Assembly: GCA_048061535.1 (NCBI GenBank)
Contig: JBGMRN010000001.1
Location: 12,703-66,108, forward strand
DNA length: 53,406 nucleotides
Source of the DNA: Thermoanaerobaculales bacterium
Lineage (GTDB): Bacteria; Acidobacteriota; Thermoanaerobaculia; Thermoanaerobaculales; Sulfomarinibacteraceae
Direction of reading: 5' to 3'
A program made the position numbers and the translations under genes. The notes beneath the pieces were generated by a model. That model ran no database searches and was not told the DNA's origin. It saw only the letters and a list, made by a program, of their open reading frames with translations. The first letter of the stretch is position 1, and the number at the start of each line of letters is the position of its first letter. Below, in pieces: positions 28,069 through 40,224 of this stretch.

Positions 28069-29883
28069 ATGGAGTTTCGCGAGGATATCGGTTCGCTCCG
28101 ACGCCGCGCAGCGGTGCTCGTGATCGTGTTCCTCGGGGCTCTCGGCCTGCTCCACCTCCGCCTGATCGATCTCCAGATCGTGCACGGCCGGCAATGGCAG
28201 CGACTCGCCGAGAACAACCGCCTGCGGCGACTTCCCCTTCCTGGAGCTCGCGGCTGGATCTACGATCGGCGCGGGCGGGTGCTGGCGGACAACATCCCCA
28301 CCTGGGAGCTTCTGCTGTTCCCTGACGAGGCCCGGGATCTGGGCACTACCGGGTTATTCCTCGGCCGGCTCGACATTGTGGAGGTCCGCACCTTCCATGA
28401 ACGTCTCGCCGAGCGACGCATCGGCCGCATGGCGCCGATGGTCGTTGGTGAGGACCTGAGCTGGAATCAGGTCGCCGCGATTCGCGCCCACCAGAGCGAT
28501 CATCCCGAGCTATCGGTGGTGGGCCGCTTCCGACGCCGCTACCCCTATGGACCACAGACAGCCCATGTGGTCGGGCACCTTCGCCCAATCTCGAAGGACG
28601 AGGCTGACGCTTTCCCCAGGCTCGAGCCGGACGCGCTGGTCGGGGCCAACGGGATCGAGGCCGCGGAGAACCCCTTCCTCGCTGCCGAAACCGGCGAGCG
28701 GTGGGTGATGGTCTCCGCCGTCGGTCGCCAACTCGGCGTCGTCCGTGAAATCCCGGCGACAGCAGGACGAGATCTCGGGCTTACCCTGGACCTTGGCCTT
28801 CAGCAAGCTGCAGCAGAGGCTCTCGGGGAACACGCCGGGGCGGTGGTCGCCATCGATCCGCGCAGCGGAGCGGTCCGTGCCCTCTTCTCCTCGCCGAGCT
28901 TCGATCCCGGCCTCTTCGCGGGCCGGCTGAGCCAGCGAGACTGGACGGCCCTGCAGGAGAATCCTCTCCACCCTCTTCAAAACAGGGCTATCCAGGGAGT
29001 TTATCCGCCGGGCTCTACCATCAAACCATTCCTCGCTTTGGCCGGTTTGGCGGAGGGTCTGATCACCCCGCAAACGACCGTGCGCTGCACCGGGTCGGTT
29101 GTGCTCTACGGTCACCGCTTCCGCTGTTGGCGGCGAGGCGGGCACGGGGTCGTGGATCTCCAGACCTCCCTCGAGGAATCCTGCGACACCTATTATTACC
29201 TGCTCGGACAGCAGCTCGGCATCGAGGGCATGGCGGAGTGGTTGAGCCGCTTCGGATTCGGAACACGCACCGGAATCGGTCTGGCGTCGGAGGCAAGCGG
29301 TCTCATCGGCACACCGGCGTGGAGCCGCAGGGTTCGCGGCACGCCGTGGTACCCCGGTGAGTCGGTTTCGGTGTCTATCGGCCAGGGACCGGTCCTCGCG
29401 ACCGTGATCCAGCTCGCTCGGGCCTTCGCCTTTCTCGCCAACGGCGGTCATCCGATAACCCCGTACTTGGTGCCCCAGCGCGAGTCCCCGAGGACGGAAT
29501 CTTGGATCGACGAGGCGCAACTGGCACTGGTGACGAGAGGCCTCGAGGATGTTGTCCACGGCGCCCGCGGAACGGCACGCAGTCTCGGTCGCCTGCCGGT
29601 GGCGGGCAAGACCGGCACTGCCCAGGTCATTCGGCTCCAAGAAGGGGTGGATTCAGACGAGCTCGAACGAAGATTCCGCCACCACGCGTGGTTTGTCGGC
29701 TGGACGCCTCTCGACCGGCCCGAGCTTGTAGTAGCGGTCATCGTCGAACACGGGGGAGGGGGGGGGAGCGTTGCCGCACCCGCTGCAGGAGTGATCTTCC
29801 GCGCCTTTCTTGCCAACCGTTTTGGGGCGGTCGACAGCACTGATCCTGACAGCCCTGCCACAACCGACGACGTGGAACGATAG
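28069..29883 (+). CDS. mrdA: Penicillin-binding protein 2 (elongasome transpeptidase)
   Basis: The ATG at 28069 (MEFREDIG) is followed by a TM helix. Motifs: STIKP, SCDTYY-type region, KTGTAQ. Confidence 0.92.
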   Translation: MEFREDIGSLRRRAAVLVIVFLGALGLLHLRLIDLQIVHGRQWQRLAENNRLRRLPLPGARGWIYDRRGRVLADNIPTWELLLFPDEARDLGTTGLFLGRLDIVEVRTFHERLAERRIGRMAPMVVGEDLSWNQVAAIRAHQSDHPELSVVGRFRRRYPYGPQTAHVVGHLRPISKDEADAFPRLEPDALVGANGIEAAENPFLAAETGERWVMVSAVGRQLGVVREIPATAGRDLGLTLDLGLQQAAAEALGEHAGAVVAIDPRSGAVRALFSSPSFDPGLFAGRLSQRDWTALQENPLHPLQNRAIQGVYPPGSTIKPFLALAGLAEGLITPQTTVRCTGSVVLYGHRFRCWRRGGHGVVDLQTSLEESCDTYYYLLGQQLGIEGMAEWLSRFGFGTRTGIGLASEASGLIGTPAWSRRVRGTPWYPGESVSVSIGQGPVLATVIQLARAFAFLANGGHPITPYLVPQRESPRTESWIDEAQLALVTRGLEDVVHGARGTARSLGRLPVAGKTGTAQVIRLQEGVDSDELERRFRHHAWFVGWTPLDRPELVVAVIVEHGGGGGSVAAPAAGVIFRAFLANRFGAVDSTDPDSPATTDDVER

Positions 29884-29892
29884 AATCGGCAC

Positions 29893-30969
29893 ATGGAACA
29901 TCGCCTCGACGCCTGGCTGATCCTCGCCGTCACCGGCATTCTCGGAGCCTCTCTGGTAACGCTCCACGCGGTCTCCAGGATCGCAGGAACGAATCTGCTG
30001 CTCCGTCAACTTCTCTGGGGGGCGGCCGGGATCGTCGTTCTCCTCGTCTTGTCGAGGGTGCGACTCGACCTCTACCGCCGCGCGGCGCCCCTCCTTTACG
30101 GAATGGGTCTCGCCTCCCTGGTCGCCGTCCTCGCGTTTGGGGTGGTGCGTGGTGGCAACAGGGCGTGGTTCGCCCTCGGTCCCTTGACCATCCAACCCAG
30201 CGAGTTCGCCCGCCTCGGCACCATTCTCATGGTGGCGGCGTGGCTGACGCGGCGCGAGGGAGCGCAGCTCAAGATTGTCGAGGTCGCGACGCTCACCTGC
30301 CTGGTTGGCCTGCCGACGCTGCTGATCATCGTCGAACCGGATCTCGGCGTCGGGCTCACCTACCTGCCGATTCTCGGTGCGGCTCTGTGGCTCGGCGGCC
30401 TGCCCCGGGCGAGCTGGGTGATTCTCTTCGCCCTCAGTCTTGTCGCGGCGGGAGCGGTCTGGCAGATGGCTCTCAAGCCCTATCAGCAGGAGCGAATACT
30501 CACTCTCCTCGATCCGGAACGCGATCCCTACGGAGCCGGCTACCAGGTTCGGCAGTCCAAGATTGCGGTAGGTTCGGGCGCAGTTGACGGCCAGGGCATC
30601 GGCCGCGGCACCCAGTCACAGCTTCGCTTCCTCCCGGCTCAGCACACGGACTTCGCCTTCGCCGTCTGGGCCGAGGCCACGGGATTTGTGGGGAGCACGG
30701 TCTTGCTGGCGGCCTACGGTCTGTTGTTGTGGAGGATCGGGGTGGTGGCTCTCGCCACCGAAAGTCGACACGGGCTGATTCTGACCGTGCTCATCGGCTC
30801 GTGGCTCGCCTTCCAGGTGGTCACCAATCTTGGCATGGTCCTCGGCTGGTTGCCCACCACCGGAGTCACCCTTCCTCTCTTCTCCTACGGTGGATCCTCG
30901 CTGATTTCCACCTGCGCGGGGCTAGGCATCGTGCAGTCGGTGTGGGCCTTCCGATTCGTGAACCGGTGA
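29893..30969 (+). CDS. rodA: SEDS-family peptidoglycan polymerase RodA
   Basis: FtsW/RodA/SpoVE membrane-protein similarity (QPSEFARL, LPLFSYGGSS). Confidence 0.92.
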   Translation: MEHRLDAWLILAVTGILGASLVTLHAVSRIAGTNLLLRQLLWGAAGIVVLLVLSRVRLDLYRRAAPLLYGMGLASLVAVLAFGVVRGGNRAWFALGPLTIQPSEFARLGTILMVAAWLTRREGAQLKIVEVATLTCLVGLPTLLIIVEPDLGVGLTYLPILGAALWLGGLPRASWVILFALSLVAAGAVWQMALKPYQQERILTLLDPERDPYGAGYQVRQSKIAVGSGAVDGQGIGRGTQSQLRFLPAQHTDFAFAVWAEATGFVGSTVLLAAYGLLLWRIGVVALATESRHGLILTVLIGSWLAFQVVTNLGMVLGWLPTTGVTLPLFSYGGSSLISTCAGLGIVQSVWAFRFVNR

Positions 30970-32453
30970 TGAACGCTGTTCTCTTTCTCTCCGTCAACCC
31001 CTTCGAGACCAGGGTGGCATTGCGCGAGGATTCGCGGCTGGTTTCCTACCGAGCAGATCGGCATCGCACTTCTTCGGTGGTCGGCAATATCTACAAAGGT
31101 CGCGTCAACCGCGTTCTTCCCGGAATGCAGGCGGCATTTGTCGATATCGGCCTCAACCGCGGCGCCTTCCTCTACGTGCGCGAGGCGGGCGGCATTCTCG
31201 ACGACTTTACCGACATCTTCCCCGCCTCGGACGGCGAAGATGGTGCTCCCGACCTGTCGACATCTGACATCTCCGATCTTCTCCGACAGGGGCAGGAGAT
31301 CCTCGTGCAGGTGGTAAAGGACCCGATTGGAACCAAAGGAGCGCGCCTGACCACCCACGTCAGCCTGCCCGGCCGCTTTCTGGTGTACCTGCCCAACGTT
31401 CACCAGCTCGGCGTTTCCCGCCGCATCACCGATGAAGAGGAACGGGCCAGGTTGAGGGAGGTTGTGGAGAGCTTCGACGAGTCGGGGGGCTGGATCGTTC
31501 GGACTGCTGGCGAGAACCAGGGGAGATCAGAGCTCGAGGCCGACCGGGACTATCTGCTCCGCCTCGCCGAAATCGTGCAGGCAGCCGGAGACCGGACGGG
31601 AGCGCCGAATCTCGTCCATCGTGAATTGAGCCCGATCCTGCGTGCGGTGAGAGACATGTTCACCCACAACATCCACGAGGTTTGGGTCGATGACGAAGAA
31701 AGCTTCCAGGAGGTGCTCGACTTCCTCGAACAAGCCGACCCCAGCCTGGTCCCGCGGGTCAAGCTCTTCCGCCAGGCGACCGATCTCATGAGCTCCTTTG
31801 GAATCGACCGCGAGCTCGAGAAGGCGCTGCGTCCAAAGGTGTGGCTCAAATCCGGAGGATCCCTGGTAATCAACCAGACGGAGGCCCTGGTGACGATCGA
31901 TGTCAACACGGGTAAGTTCGTCGGTTCCCACTCGCTGGAGGAAACGGTTTTCGACGTCAACCTTGAGGCGGTTGGGGAGATTGTGCGCCAGCTGCGCCTC
32001 CGCGATCTGGGTGGTATCGTGGTGATCGATTTTATCGACATGGAAGACCCCGAGCATCGTCAAACGGTCTACGAAACCCTCGCCGGGGACCTCTCCGCAG
32101 ACCCCGCCCGGACGCAGCTCCTGCCAATGAGCGACATCGGCCTGGTCCAACTCACCCGCAAACGTACCCGCCCCAGCCTCGAGCGCACCCTGAGTCGGGA
32201 GTGTCCTTACTGTTACGGGTCCGGCCGCATCAAAGCGCTGCCGACGGTATGCCTGGAAATTCGCCGTGAACTGCTGGCGGTCGCCGCCGGCGAGCTCGAC
32301 GAACAAGTTTCACTGGTTGTCCACCCGGAGGTTTCGCATTACCTCCAGGGACCGTTCCGTGAGCTGCTGCGGGAGCTCGAGGAGATCCACGGCCTGCAGA
32401 TCATCCTGCGAGAAAACCCGCTTTTTCACCTCGAACAGTTTGATGTCGGTTAG
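30969..32453 (+). CDS. rng: Ribonuclease G/E family endoribonuclease
   Basis: S1 domain (GNIYKGRVNRVLPGMQAAFVDIG) and catalytic region (LVTIDVNTGKF, VIDFIDM). The ATG at 30969 overlaps the rodA TGA. The TAG stop at 32451-32453 lies in the TTAG flank of element A3. Confidence 0.9.
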   Translation: MNAVLFLSVNPFETRVALREDSRLVSYRADRHRTSSVVGNIYKGRVNRVLPGMQAAFVDIGLNRGAFLYVREAGGILDDFTDIFPASDGEDGAPDLSTSDISDLLRQGQEILVQVVKDPIGTKGARLTTHVSLPGRFLVYLPNVHQLGVSRRITDEEERARLREVVESFDESGGWIVRTAGENQGRSELEADRDYLLRLAEIVQAAGDRTGAPNLVHRELSPILRAVRDMFTHNIHEVWVDDEESFQEVLDFLEQADPSLVPRVKLFRQATDLMSSFGIDRELEKALRPKVWLKSGGSLVINQTEALVTIDVNTGKFVGSHSLEETVFDVNLEAVGEIVRQLRLRDLGGIVVIDFIDMEDPEHRQTVYETLAGDLSADPARTQLLPMSDIGLVQLTRKRTRPSLERTLSRECPYCYGSGRIKALPTVCLEIRRELLAVAAGELDEQVSLVVHPEVSHYLQGPFRELLRELEEIHGLQIILRENPLFHLEQFDVG

Positions 32454-32632
32454 CCCGCTTTTCTCACCAGATTTCGTCGCGAGGGGTACAAGACGCAATG
32501 CGTGTCTGCGCTCTCGCAAGGTTTGGGAGCGAAGTCGTACTGGCGGTGAATCGAGCGAGCAAACCGAGAAAGCGCGGACCCGCGCTGTGTATTGTGCCCC
32601 ACAGTAGAAAGATCGTGAGATATGCGGGTTAG
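32450..32632 (+). mobile_element. MITE-like element, copy A3 (subfamily A archetype), flanked by TTAG direct repeats
   Basis: Left end TTAG|CCCGCTTTTCTCACCAGATTT and right end AAAGATCGTGAGATATGCGGG|TTAG. The terminal inverted repeats (TIRs) match at 8 of 8 and 7 of 8 positions across the two blocks. A long imperfect internal hairpin includes GTCTGCGCTCTCG/CGAGAAAGCGCGGAC. Confidence 0.85.
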
Positions 32633-32637
32633 GATTC

Positions 32638-33720
32638 CTACAGGGGCTCGTAAAGGGTGCGGCGCTGCTGCGGCTCGTACCCCGCCTCACGAATCGTACG
32701 CTCCAGTTCTCGCTGGCTCATTCGGAATCGCGCTCCGGCGGCGGCGACGACGTTTTCCTCGAGCATGATCGAACCGAGGTCATCGGCGCCGAAGAACAAC
32801 GACAGCTGGCCCATCTTGGCGCCCTGCGTCACCCACGAACCTTGCACATGGTCGATGTTGTCCAGAGCGAGGCGAGCGATGGCCAGGGTGCGCAGGTAGT
32901 CATAGCCCCCGGAGGGCTCGACCTCACCTTCGAGATCGGTGCTCTGATCCTGAAAGGTCCAGGGAATGAAGGCGGTGAACCCTCCGGCTGCATCCTGCAG
33001 ATCGCGTACGCCGAGGAAGTGCTCGATCCGGGCGGAGAAGGGCTCGCCGACCCCGAACATCATCGTCGCCGTCGTGCGCAGCCCGAGATCGTGGGCTGCG
33101 CGGTGAATTGCCAACCACTGCTCGGTCGAGGCCTTGGTTCGCGACCAGATACGCCGGCGGGTCTCGTCCTCGAGAATTTCCGCGCCGCCGCCGGGAATCG
33201 AGTCGAGTCCGGCGGCCATCAATCTCGAAATGACCTCGGCGGCCGGTTTCTTCTCGACCTTGGCCAAAAACCAGATCTCGGGGACCGAAAAAGCGTGGAG
33301 ATGGATCTGAGGAAAGCTCTCCTTGAGCCGGCGAAGCAGGTTTTCGTAGTACTCGAGCCGCAGGTCGGGGTGCACACCACCCTGGAGCAGGATGCCGGTG
33401 CCTCCGGCTGCGACGGTTTCCGCCACCTTGGCTGCGATCTCGTCGAAGGGAAGCACGTAGGCATCTGCGGCGGCGGCAGTTCGGTAGAACGCGCAGAAAC
33501 GGCAACGATAGACACAGACGTTGGTGTAGTTGATATTTCGGTCGATGATGTAGGTGGCGACCACTTCCGGGTTCTTGAGCCGCCGCACTTCATCCGCCGC
33601 TTGACCGAGCTCGAGAAGCCTACCCTGGTCGAAGAGCTCCTGGATCTCCGAGCGATCGATCCGCTCGCCCGCCACCGACTTGTCGAGAATTCGAGCCATA
33701 CTCATGCGACCGAGTCTCAC
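32638..33720 (-). CDS. Radical SAM menaquinone (futalosine pathway) enzyme, MqnC/MqnE type
   Basis: CVYRCRFCAF radical-SAM cluster motif and CofH/MqnC/MqnE-like full-length architecture. MqnC and MqnE cannot be told apart by eye. Confidence 0.8.
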   Translation of the reverse strand: MRLGRMSMARILDKSVAGERIDRSEIQELFDQGRLLELGQAADEVRRLKNPEVVATYIIDRNINYTNVCVYRCRFCAFYRTAAAADAYVLPFDEIAAKVAETVAAGGTGILLQGGVHPDLRLEYYENLLRRLKESFPQIHLHAFSVPEIWFLAKVEKKPAAEVISRLMAAGLDSIPGGGAEILEDETRRRIWSRTKASTEQWLAIHRAAHDLGLRTTATMMFGVGEPFSARIEHFLGVRDLQDAAGGFTAFIPWTFQDQSTDLEGEVEPSGGYDYLRTLAIARLALDNIDHVQGSWVTQGAKMGQLSLFFGADDLGSIMLEENVVAAAGARFRMSQRELERTIREAGYEPQQRRTLYEPL

Positions 33721-33799
33721 CCTTTGTCACTCGCCTGTCAAGTCGGGAAATCCTCTTCCTAACCGCAATTCGCGAGGCGCATTGCTGCGAAGTGAATTG

Positions 33800-35161
<1,362 letters not shown>

Positions 35162-35162
35162 T

Positions 35163-35765
35163 TTAATCACTCCGTTGTCTTTCTCTCCACATGGTCACGA
35201 TCTCGTCGATGCCCTTGAGCACCTCTCGCCGCCCCTCACCCGTACGAACGCTGACCACCATCGGCGGCACGTGCAGCGCGAGCTCGCGCTGCACTTGCTG
35301 CCGCATCCGCGCCCGATGACCGCGACGAACCTTGTCGGCCTTGGTCAGCACCACCAGACGGTCGCAACCAGCATTCAACAGCAAGTCTTGAAGATCCAGG
35401 TCCCGGGCCGTCAGGCCGTGGCGTATATCCACCAGAGCAACCACTCCCGCCAGGCGTTCCTCCGAGGCGATGTACCGGCCGAGCTCCTTGCCCCATTCCT
35501 CGCGCAGCTGGCGACCCACCTTGGCGTAGCCGTACCCGGGGAGATCGACCAGATAGAACGAACGGTTGACGAGGAAGAAGTTCAAGGTCCGCGTCTTGCC
35601 GGGCGCCTTGGCGACCCGAGCCAGCGACTGTCCGAAGAGCCAGTTGAGAAGGCTCGACTTCCCGACATTCGACCGCCCGGCGACGGCGACGTGGGGAAAC
35701 CACTCTCCCGGCCGGTCCTGGGGCCGAAGCGCCGATCCACGGAAGCTGACGTCTGTGATTTCCAC
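35163..35765 (-). CDS. engB: Ribosome biogenesis GTP-binding protein YihA/EngB
   Basis: GRSNVGKSS (G1), DLPGYG (G3), TKADK (G4). Confidence 0.9.
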   Translation of the reverse strand: MEITDVSFRGSALRPQDRPGEWFPHVAVAGRSNVGKSSLLNWLFGQSLARVAKAPGKTRTLNFFLVNRSFYLVDLPGYGYAKVGRQLREEWGKELGRYIASEERLAGVVALVDIRHGLTARDLDLQDLLLNAGCDRLVVLTKADKVRRGHRARMRQQVQRELALHVPPMVVSVRTGEGRREVLKGIDEIVTMWRERQRSD

Positions 35766-35793
35766 TTTGATTCACCCGGCAGAGGCTCTTCAC

Positions 35794-35832
35794 GAGGTCC
35801 CGATCGAGGAGCCACGGCCTCGATCGGACCTC
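35794..35832 (-). terminator. Strong GC-rich hairpin between lon and engB
   Basis: GAGGTCCCGATCGAGG ... CCTCGATCGGACCTC gives about 15 bp with one bulge. It sits 35 nt downstream of the lon stop and has no U-tract. Confidence 0.35.
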
Positions 35833-35866
35833 GCGGGTGGCAGGCAGGGATCTTCCATTTCCGGTC

Positions 35867-38266
35867 TCAATGGGCCAGCGGAGGCGCGTCGATCCGGGCC
35901 TCGGCATCCTCGGGTTTCGGGGCGATTTCCGGGTTCGCCTTGCCGACAAGGGCGTGGGAGAGCACCTCGTCCATGTGTCTGACGAAGTGGTAGTCCATTT
36001 CCTTGCGGACCTCTTCGGGGATATCCTCGAGGTCTTTCTCGTTCTCCTCCGGCATAATCACCTCGCGAATGCCGGCACGATAGGCGGCGAGGACCTTTTC
36101 CTTGATCCCTCCGACCGGCAGCACCAGGCCGCGGAGCGTGATCTCCCCGGTCATGGCAACATCGACCCTCACCGGAGTGCGAGTAAACGCGGAAACCAGC
36201 GAGGCCGCGAGAGTAATGCCCGCGGAGGGTCCATCCTTGGGAATCGCGCCCTCTGGAACGTGCAGGTGGACATCCGTCTTTTCGAAGATCTCGGTGTCGA
36301 TGCCCAACACCTCGGCCTTGGATCGAACGAAGGACAGGGCTGCTCGAGCCGACTCCTGCATCACGTCGCCAAGTTGGCCGGTGAGGGTCAGGTGTCCCTT
36401 CCCGCGCATCAAAGTAACCTCGGTGAGCAAGAGCTCCCCGCCGACCTGGGTCCATGCCAGCCCCGAAGCGGCGCCAACCTCGGGCTCTTGCTCGGGCCGT
36501 TGTTTGCGGTAGCGAGGCTTGCCGAGGAGCTCGCCGATGGTCTCGGTGGAAACCTCGATGACTACCCCTCGTTTGAGCTTGTCTTTGAGGACGCGCCGCG
36601 CGAGCTTGCGGCAGACCGACGCGACCTCACGCTCGAGATTGCGAACTCCGGCTTCCCGCGTATAACGCTCGATGAGCAACAGGAGAGCATCCGAGGAGAA
36701 TCTGACGTCGTACCGTGCGAGCCCATGCTTTTCCACCTGGCGCGACACCAGGAACTGGCGTGCGATCTCCGCCTTCTCCTGGTGGGTATATCCGGAGAGC
36801 TGAATGACCTCCATGCGATCGAGCAACGCCGGGGGGATGGAGTGGGTGACGTTTCCGGTGCAAATGAAAAACACCTTCGACAGATCGTACTCGACGTCGA
36901 GGTAGTGGTCGTGAAAGGTGTGGTTCTGCTCGGGGTCGAGAACCTCCAGCAGGGCGCCGGCGGGATCACCGCGGAAATCGGCCGCCATCTTGTCCACCTC
37001 GTCGAGGAGCAGCACGGGGTTGACGGTCTCTGCCTTGCGCATCATCTGCACGATCTGACCCGGAAAGGCGCCGATGTAGGTGCGGCGATGGCCACGGATC
37101 TCGGCCTCGTCACGCACTCCACCGAGCGAGAGACGGACGAAGGAGCGCCCGGTGGCGCGGGCAATGGAACGGGCAAGCGATGTCTTGCCCACGCCCGGTG
37201 GACCAACGAAACACAAAATTGTACCGGTCGTCTTTCGCACCAGTTGGCGCACGGCCAGGTATTCCAGGATTCTGTTCTTGACCTTTTCGAGGCCGTAGTG
37301 GTCCTCGTGGAGGACCTTTTCCGCCCGGCCGATGTCGCGGATCTCCCGCGAGGCTTTGCCCCACGGCACGGCCAATAACCAGTCGACATAGTTTCGCGAA
37401 ACTCCGGCTTCAGCCGAGACCGGCGGCATGCCTTCAAGGCGACGCAGCTCGATGATAGCTTTCTCCTTCGCCTCCTTGCTCATGCTCGAATCTTCGACCT
37501 GCTTCTTGAGCTCTTCGAGCTCTTCGGTGTTGTCGTTGCGGCCCAGCTCCTCGTTGATCGCCTTGATTTTCTCCGACAGGTAGTACTCGCGCTGCGCCTT
37601 TTCCATCTGCTTCTTCACCCGGGAGGAGATGCGGCGATCGATGTTGAGCTTTTCGATCTCCATGTCGAGAAGGTCGTTGAGGCGTTGCAGGCGATCAACC
37701 GGGCTGAAAATCTCCAGCAGTTTCTGCTTCTCGGCGGTGGGCTGGGAGAGATGAGCGGCCAAGATGTCCGTAAACTGGTTGGCGTCTTCGGTCTGCAACG
37801 ACGCGAGCACTCCCTCGGCCGAGAGATGGTGGGAGAGCTTGGCGTACTCCTTGAACAGCTCCATGAGTTGGGTCATGTATTGGATGACGGCGTCGTCCGC
37901 ACAGGGCTCGGTGGGAATCGGCTCCACCGTCGCTGAGAGGCATTCGTCCTCGAGGTCGAAGGACTCTATCCGCGCGCGGCCCAGCCCCTCCACCATGACC
38001 TTGATGTTGCCGGATGCGAGCTGGAGGTGCTGCGCCACCCGCGCAATCACCCCGACGGAATAGATATCCTCGCTGCCCGGGTCGTCGATCTTGGGGTCAC
38101 GCTGCGAAGCGAGGAAGATCTGCTTGTCGCTGCGACTCAACGCCCGTTCAAGCGCGATCACCGACGGTTGGCGACCGACGACGAATGGGGCCATCATGTG
38201 CGGGAAAACCACCATGTCCCGCAAGGGAACGACCGGAAGGTGGACGGTGGAGGGATCTGGGGTCAT
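35867..38266 (-). CDS. lon: ATP-dependent Lon protease
   Basis: LON N-domain ([15 protein letters not shown]), Walker [10 protein letters not shown], and protease Ser motif DGPSAG. ATG at 38266. Confidence 0.96.
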   Translation of the reverse strand: MTPDPSTVHLPVVPLRDMVVFPHMMAPFVVGRQPSVIALERALSRSDKQIFLASQRDPKIDDPGSEDIYSVGVIARVAQHLQLASGNIKVMVEGLGRARIESFDLEDECLSATVEPIPTEPCADDAVIQYMTQLMELFKEYAKLSHHLSAEGVLASLQTEDANQFTDILAAHLSQPTAEKQKLLEIFSPVDRLQRLNDLLDMEIEKLNIDRRISSRVKKQMEKAQREYYLSEKIKAINEELGRNDNTEELEELKKQVEDSSMSKEAKEKAIIELRRLEGMPPVSAEAGVSRNYVDWLLAVPWGKASREIRDIGRAEKVLHEDHYGLEKVKNRILEYLAVRQLVRKTTGTILCFVGPPGVGKTSLARSIARATGRSFVRLSLGGVRDEAEIRGHRRTYIGAFPGQIVQMMRKAETVNPVLLLDEVDKMAADFRGDPAGALLEVLDPEQNHTFHDHYLDVEYDLSKVFFICTGNVTHSIPPALLDRMEVIQLSGYTHQEKAEIARQFLVSRQVEKHGLARYDVRFSSDALLLLIERYTREAGVRNLEREVASVCRKLARRVLKDKLKRGVVIEVSTETIGELLGKPRYRKQRPEQEPEVGAASGLAWTQVGGELLLTEVTLMRGKGHLTLTGQLGDVMQESARAALSFVRSKAEVLGIDTEIFEKTDVHLHVPEGAIPKDGPSAGITLAASLVSAFTRTPVRVDVAMTGEITLRGLVLPVGGIKEKVLAAYRAGIREVIMPEENEKDLEDIPEEVRKEMDYHFVRHMDEVLSHALVGKANPEIAPKPEDAEARIDAPPLAH

Positions 38267-38339
38267 GTTGTGTGCTCTGTTTCGATGATGGGTTGGTTTT
38301 TCAACTCGCGACCGGAGACTCTCTCCGGCCGAGCGGGGC

Positions 38340-39575
38340 TTAACTGACCTTGCGGACCGCGGGCAGAGGCGGAACCCGGCGTTCGACAACCTCCCGCGAG
38401 ATGAGGAGTTCCTTGAGGTCCGGGAGGGACGGAATCTGATACATGATGTCGAGCATCAGCTCTTCGAGAATGATCCGGAGACCTCGGGCGCCCACTTTTC
38501 GGGTGATCGCTTCTGCGGCTACCGAATCCAGGGCCTCGGAGGTGAAAGTGAGCTCCACGCCTTCGAAACCGAGGATGGTCTGATACTGGCGAACCAGGGA
38601 GTTCCGCGGCTCGGTGAGAATCCGCACCAGTGCCTCGTGGTCAAGTTCATGAAGGTTGGCCACCACCGGAATCCGGCCCACGAACTCAGGGATCATTCCG
38701 TACTTGATCAGGTCCTCGGGATGAACCTGCGCGAAGAGTTCGGCCGAGCCCGGATCGTTGCCCCCCAAATCGACGCCGAAACCCATCCGTTTCTGATTGA
38801 GCCGGTCGGCTATGATTTCGTCGAGCCCGACGAATGCGCCGCCGCAGATGAACAGGATGTTGGTGGTGTCGATCTGGAGAAACTCCTGGTGGGGGTGCTT
38901 GCGTCCGCCTTGGGGCGGGACGTTGGCGACGGTTCCCTCGAGGATTTTCAACAAGGCCTGCTGAACCCCCTCACCGGAAACATCGCGAGTGATCGAGGGG
39001 TTCTCCGCCTTGCGCGCCACCTTGTCGATCTCGTCGACATAAACGATGCCGCGTTCGGCCGCCTCGCGGTCTCCCCCGGCAGCCTGATAGAGACGGAGGA
39101 GGATGTTCTCCACATCTTCGCCCACGTAGCCCGCTTCGGTGAGGGTGGTGGCATCAACGATCGTGAATGGAACCTGCAGCTGACGAGCCAATGTCTGAGC
39201 CAGGAGCGTCTTGCCGGTGCCGGTGGGCCCGATGAGGAGGATGTTCGATTTGGCCAGCTCGACGTCATTCCGGTTGCGGGACGTCTGATACTCGATCCGC
39301 CGGTAGTGGTTGTAAACAGCCACCGAGAGCTTTCTTTTGGCCTCTTCCTGGCCGATCACGTACTCGTCGAGATGATCCTTGTTCTCATGCGGTTTGGGGA
39401 GGATCTGCTGGCGGGTCTTGGCCTCATGGACACGATCCTCGGCAATGATGTCGAGACAGACCTCAACGCACTCGTTGCAGATGTAGACGGTGGGCCCGGC
39501 GATCAGCTTGCGCACCTCGTGCTGGCTCTTGCCGCAGAAGCTGCAACGCAGCACATCACCATCGCGCTGGGACAT
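38340..39575 (-). CDS. clpX: ATP-dependent Clp protease ATP-binding subunit ClpX
   Basis: N-terminal zinc finger CSFCGK...CNEC and Walker A GPTGTGKT. Confidence 0.97.
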   Translation of the reverse strand: MSQRDGDVLRCSFCGKSQHEVRKLIAGPTVYICNECVEVCLDIIAEDRVHEAKTRQQILPKPHENKDHLDEYVIGQEEAKRKLSVAVYNHYRRIEYQTSRNRNDVELAKSNILLIGPTGTGKTLLAQTLARQLQVPFTIVDATTLTEAGYVGEDVENILLRLYQAAGGDREAAERGIVYVDEIDKVARKAENPSITRDVSGEGVQQALLKILEGTVANVPPQGGRKHPHQEFLQIDTTNILFICGGAFVGLDEIIADRLNQKRMGFGVDLGGNDPGSAELFAQVHPEDLIKYGMIPEFVGRIPVVANLHELDHEALVRILTEPRNSLVRQYQTILGFEGVELTFTSEALDSVAAEAITRKVGARGLRIILEELMLDIMYQIPSLPDLKELLISREVVERRVPPLPAVRKVS

Positions 39576-39639
39576 CAGGCCCTCCCGTCAACCATTGTAT
39601 TGTATACCATGTGCTGTTTTTCATTTCCGCGACGGCATC

Positions 39640-40224
39640 CTACTCTCTGGAAACAATGATTTTGTCGATGAGGCCATAGTCCAGCGCGCCGTCGGCCTCG
39701 AGGATGAAATCGCGCTCGGTGTCGAGGTGGATCTTGTCGATCTTCTGTCCTGTATGCTCGGCGAAAATCTCGTTGAGGCGCTGGCGAAGGCGCACGATGT
39801 CTTTGGCGTGGATGTCGATATCGCTGGCCTGGCCCTGCAGCCCCGACATCAGGGGTTGATGCAGAAGAACGCGGCTGTGGGGAAGCGCGAAACGCTTGCC
39901 TTTCGCCCCGCCGGCGAGCAGCAGCGCACCCATGGAGGCGGCTTGCCCGAGGGCGATCGTGGCCACGTCGGGCTTGACGTACTGCATGGTGTCGTAGATT
40001 GCGAGACCGGCGGTGATCGCACCGCCGGGAGAGTTGATGTACAGGTAGATGTCCTTCTCCGAGTTTTCGGCCTCCAAAAAAAGCATCTGCGCGATCACCA
40101 ACGAAGCGACCTGGTCGTCGATGGCGCTGCTCAGGAAGATGACGTTGTCCTTGAGCAGCCGCGAGTAGATATCGTAGGCTCGCTCGCCGCGGCTTGTCTG
40201 CTCGACGACGACTGGTACCAACAT
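39640..40224 (-). CDS. clpP: ATP-dependent Clp protease proteolytic subunit ClpP
   Basis: Catalytic motifs GQAASMGA and HQP. The ATG at 40224 abuts the tig stop (TGATG). Confidence 0.96.
   Translation of the reverse strand: MLVPVVVEQTSRGERAYDIYSRLLKDNVIFLSSAIDDQVASLVIAQMLFLEAENSEKDIYLYINSPGGAITAGLAIYDTMQYVKPDVATIALGQAASMGALLLAGGAKGKRFALPHSRVLLHQPLMSGLQGQASDIDIHAKDIVRLRQRLNEIFAEHTGQKIDKIHLDTERDFILEADGALDYGLIDKIIVSRE

Noticed and set aside
14639-32632. Could the three roughly 170-bp A repeats be a CRISPR array or a multi-copy sRNA/riboswitch gene?
   Set aside because: The copies are 5-13 kb apart, far larger than CRISPR repeats, and have no regular spacers or cas genes. They lack their own promoters (A3 starts on the rng stop codon). 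Most lie next to the 3' end of a gene rather than upstream of genes. They carry TIRs and flanking duplications, which fits a MITE better.
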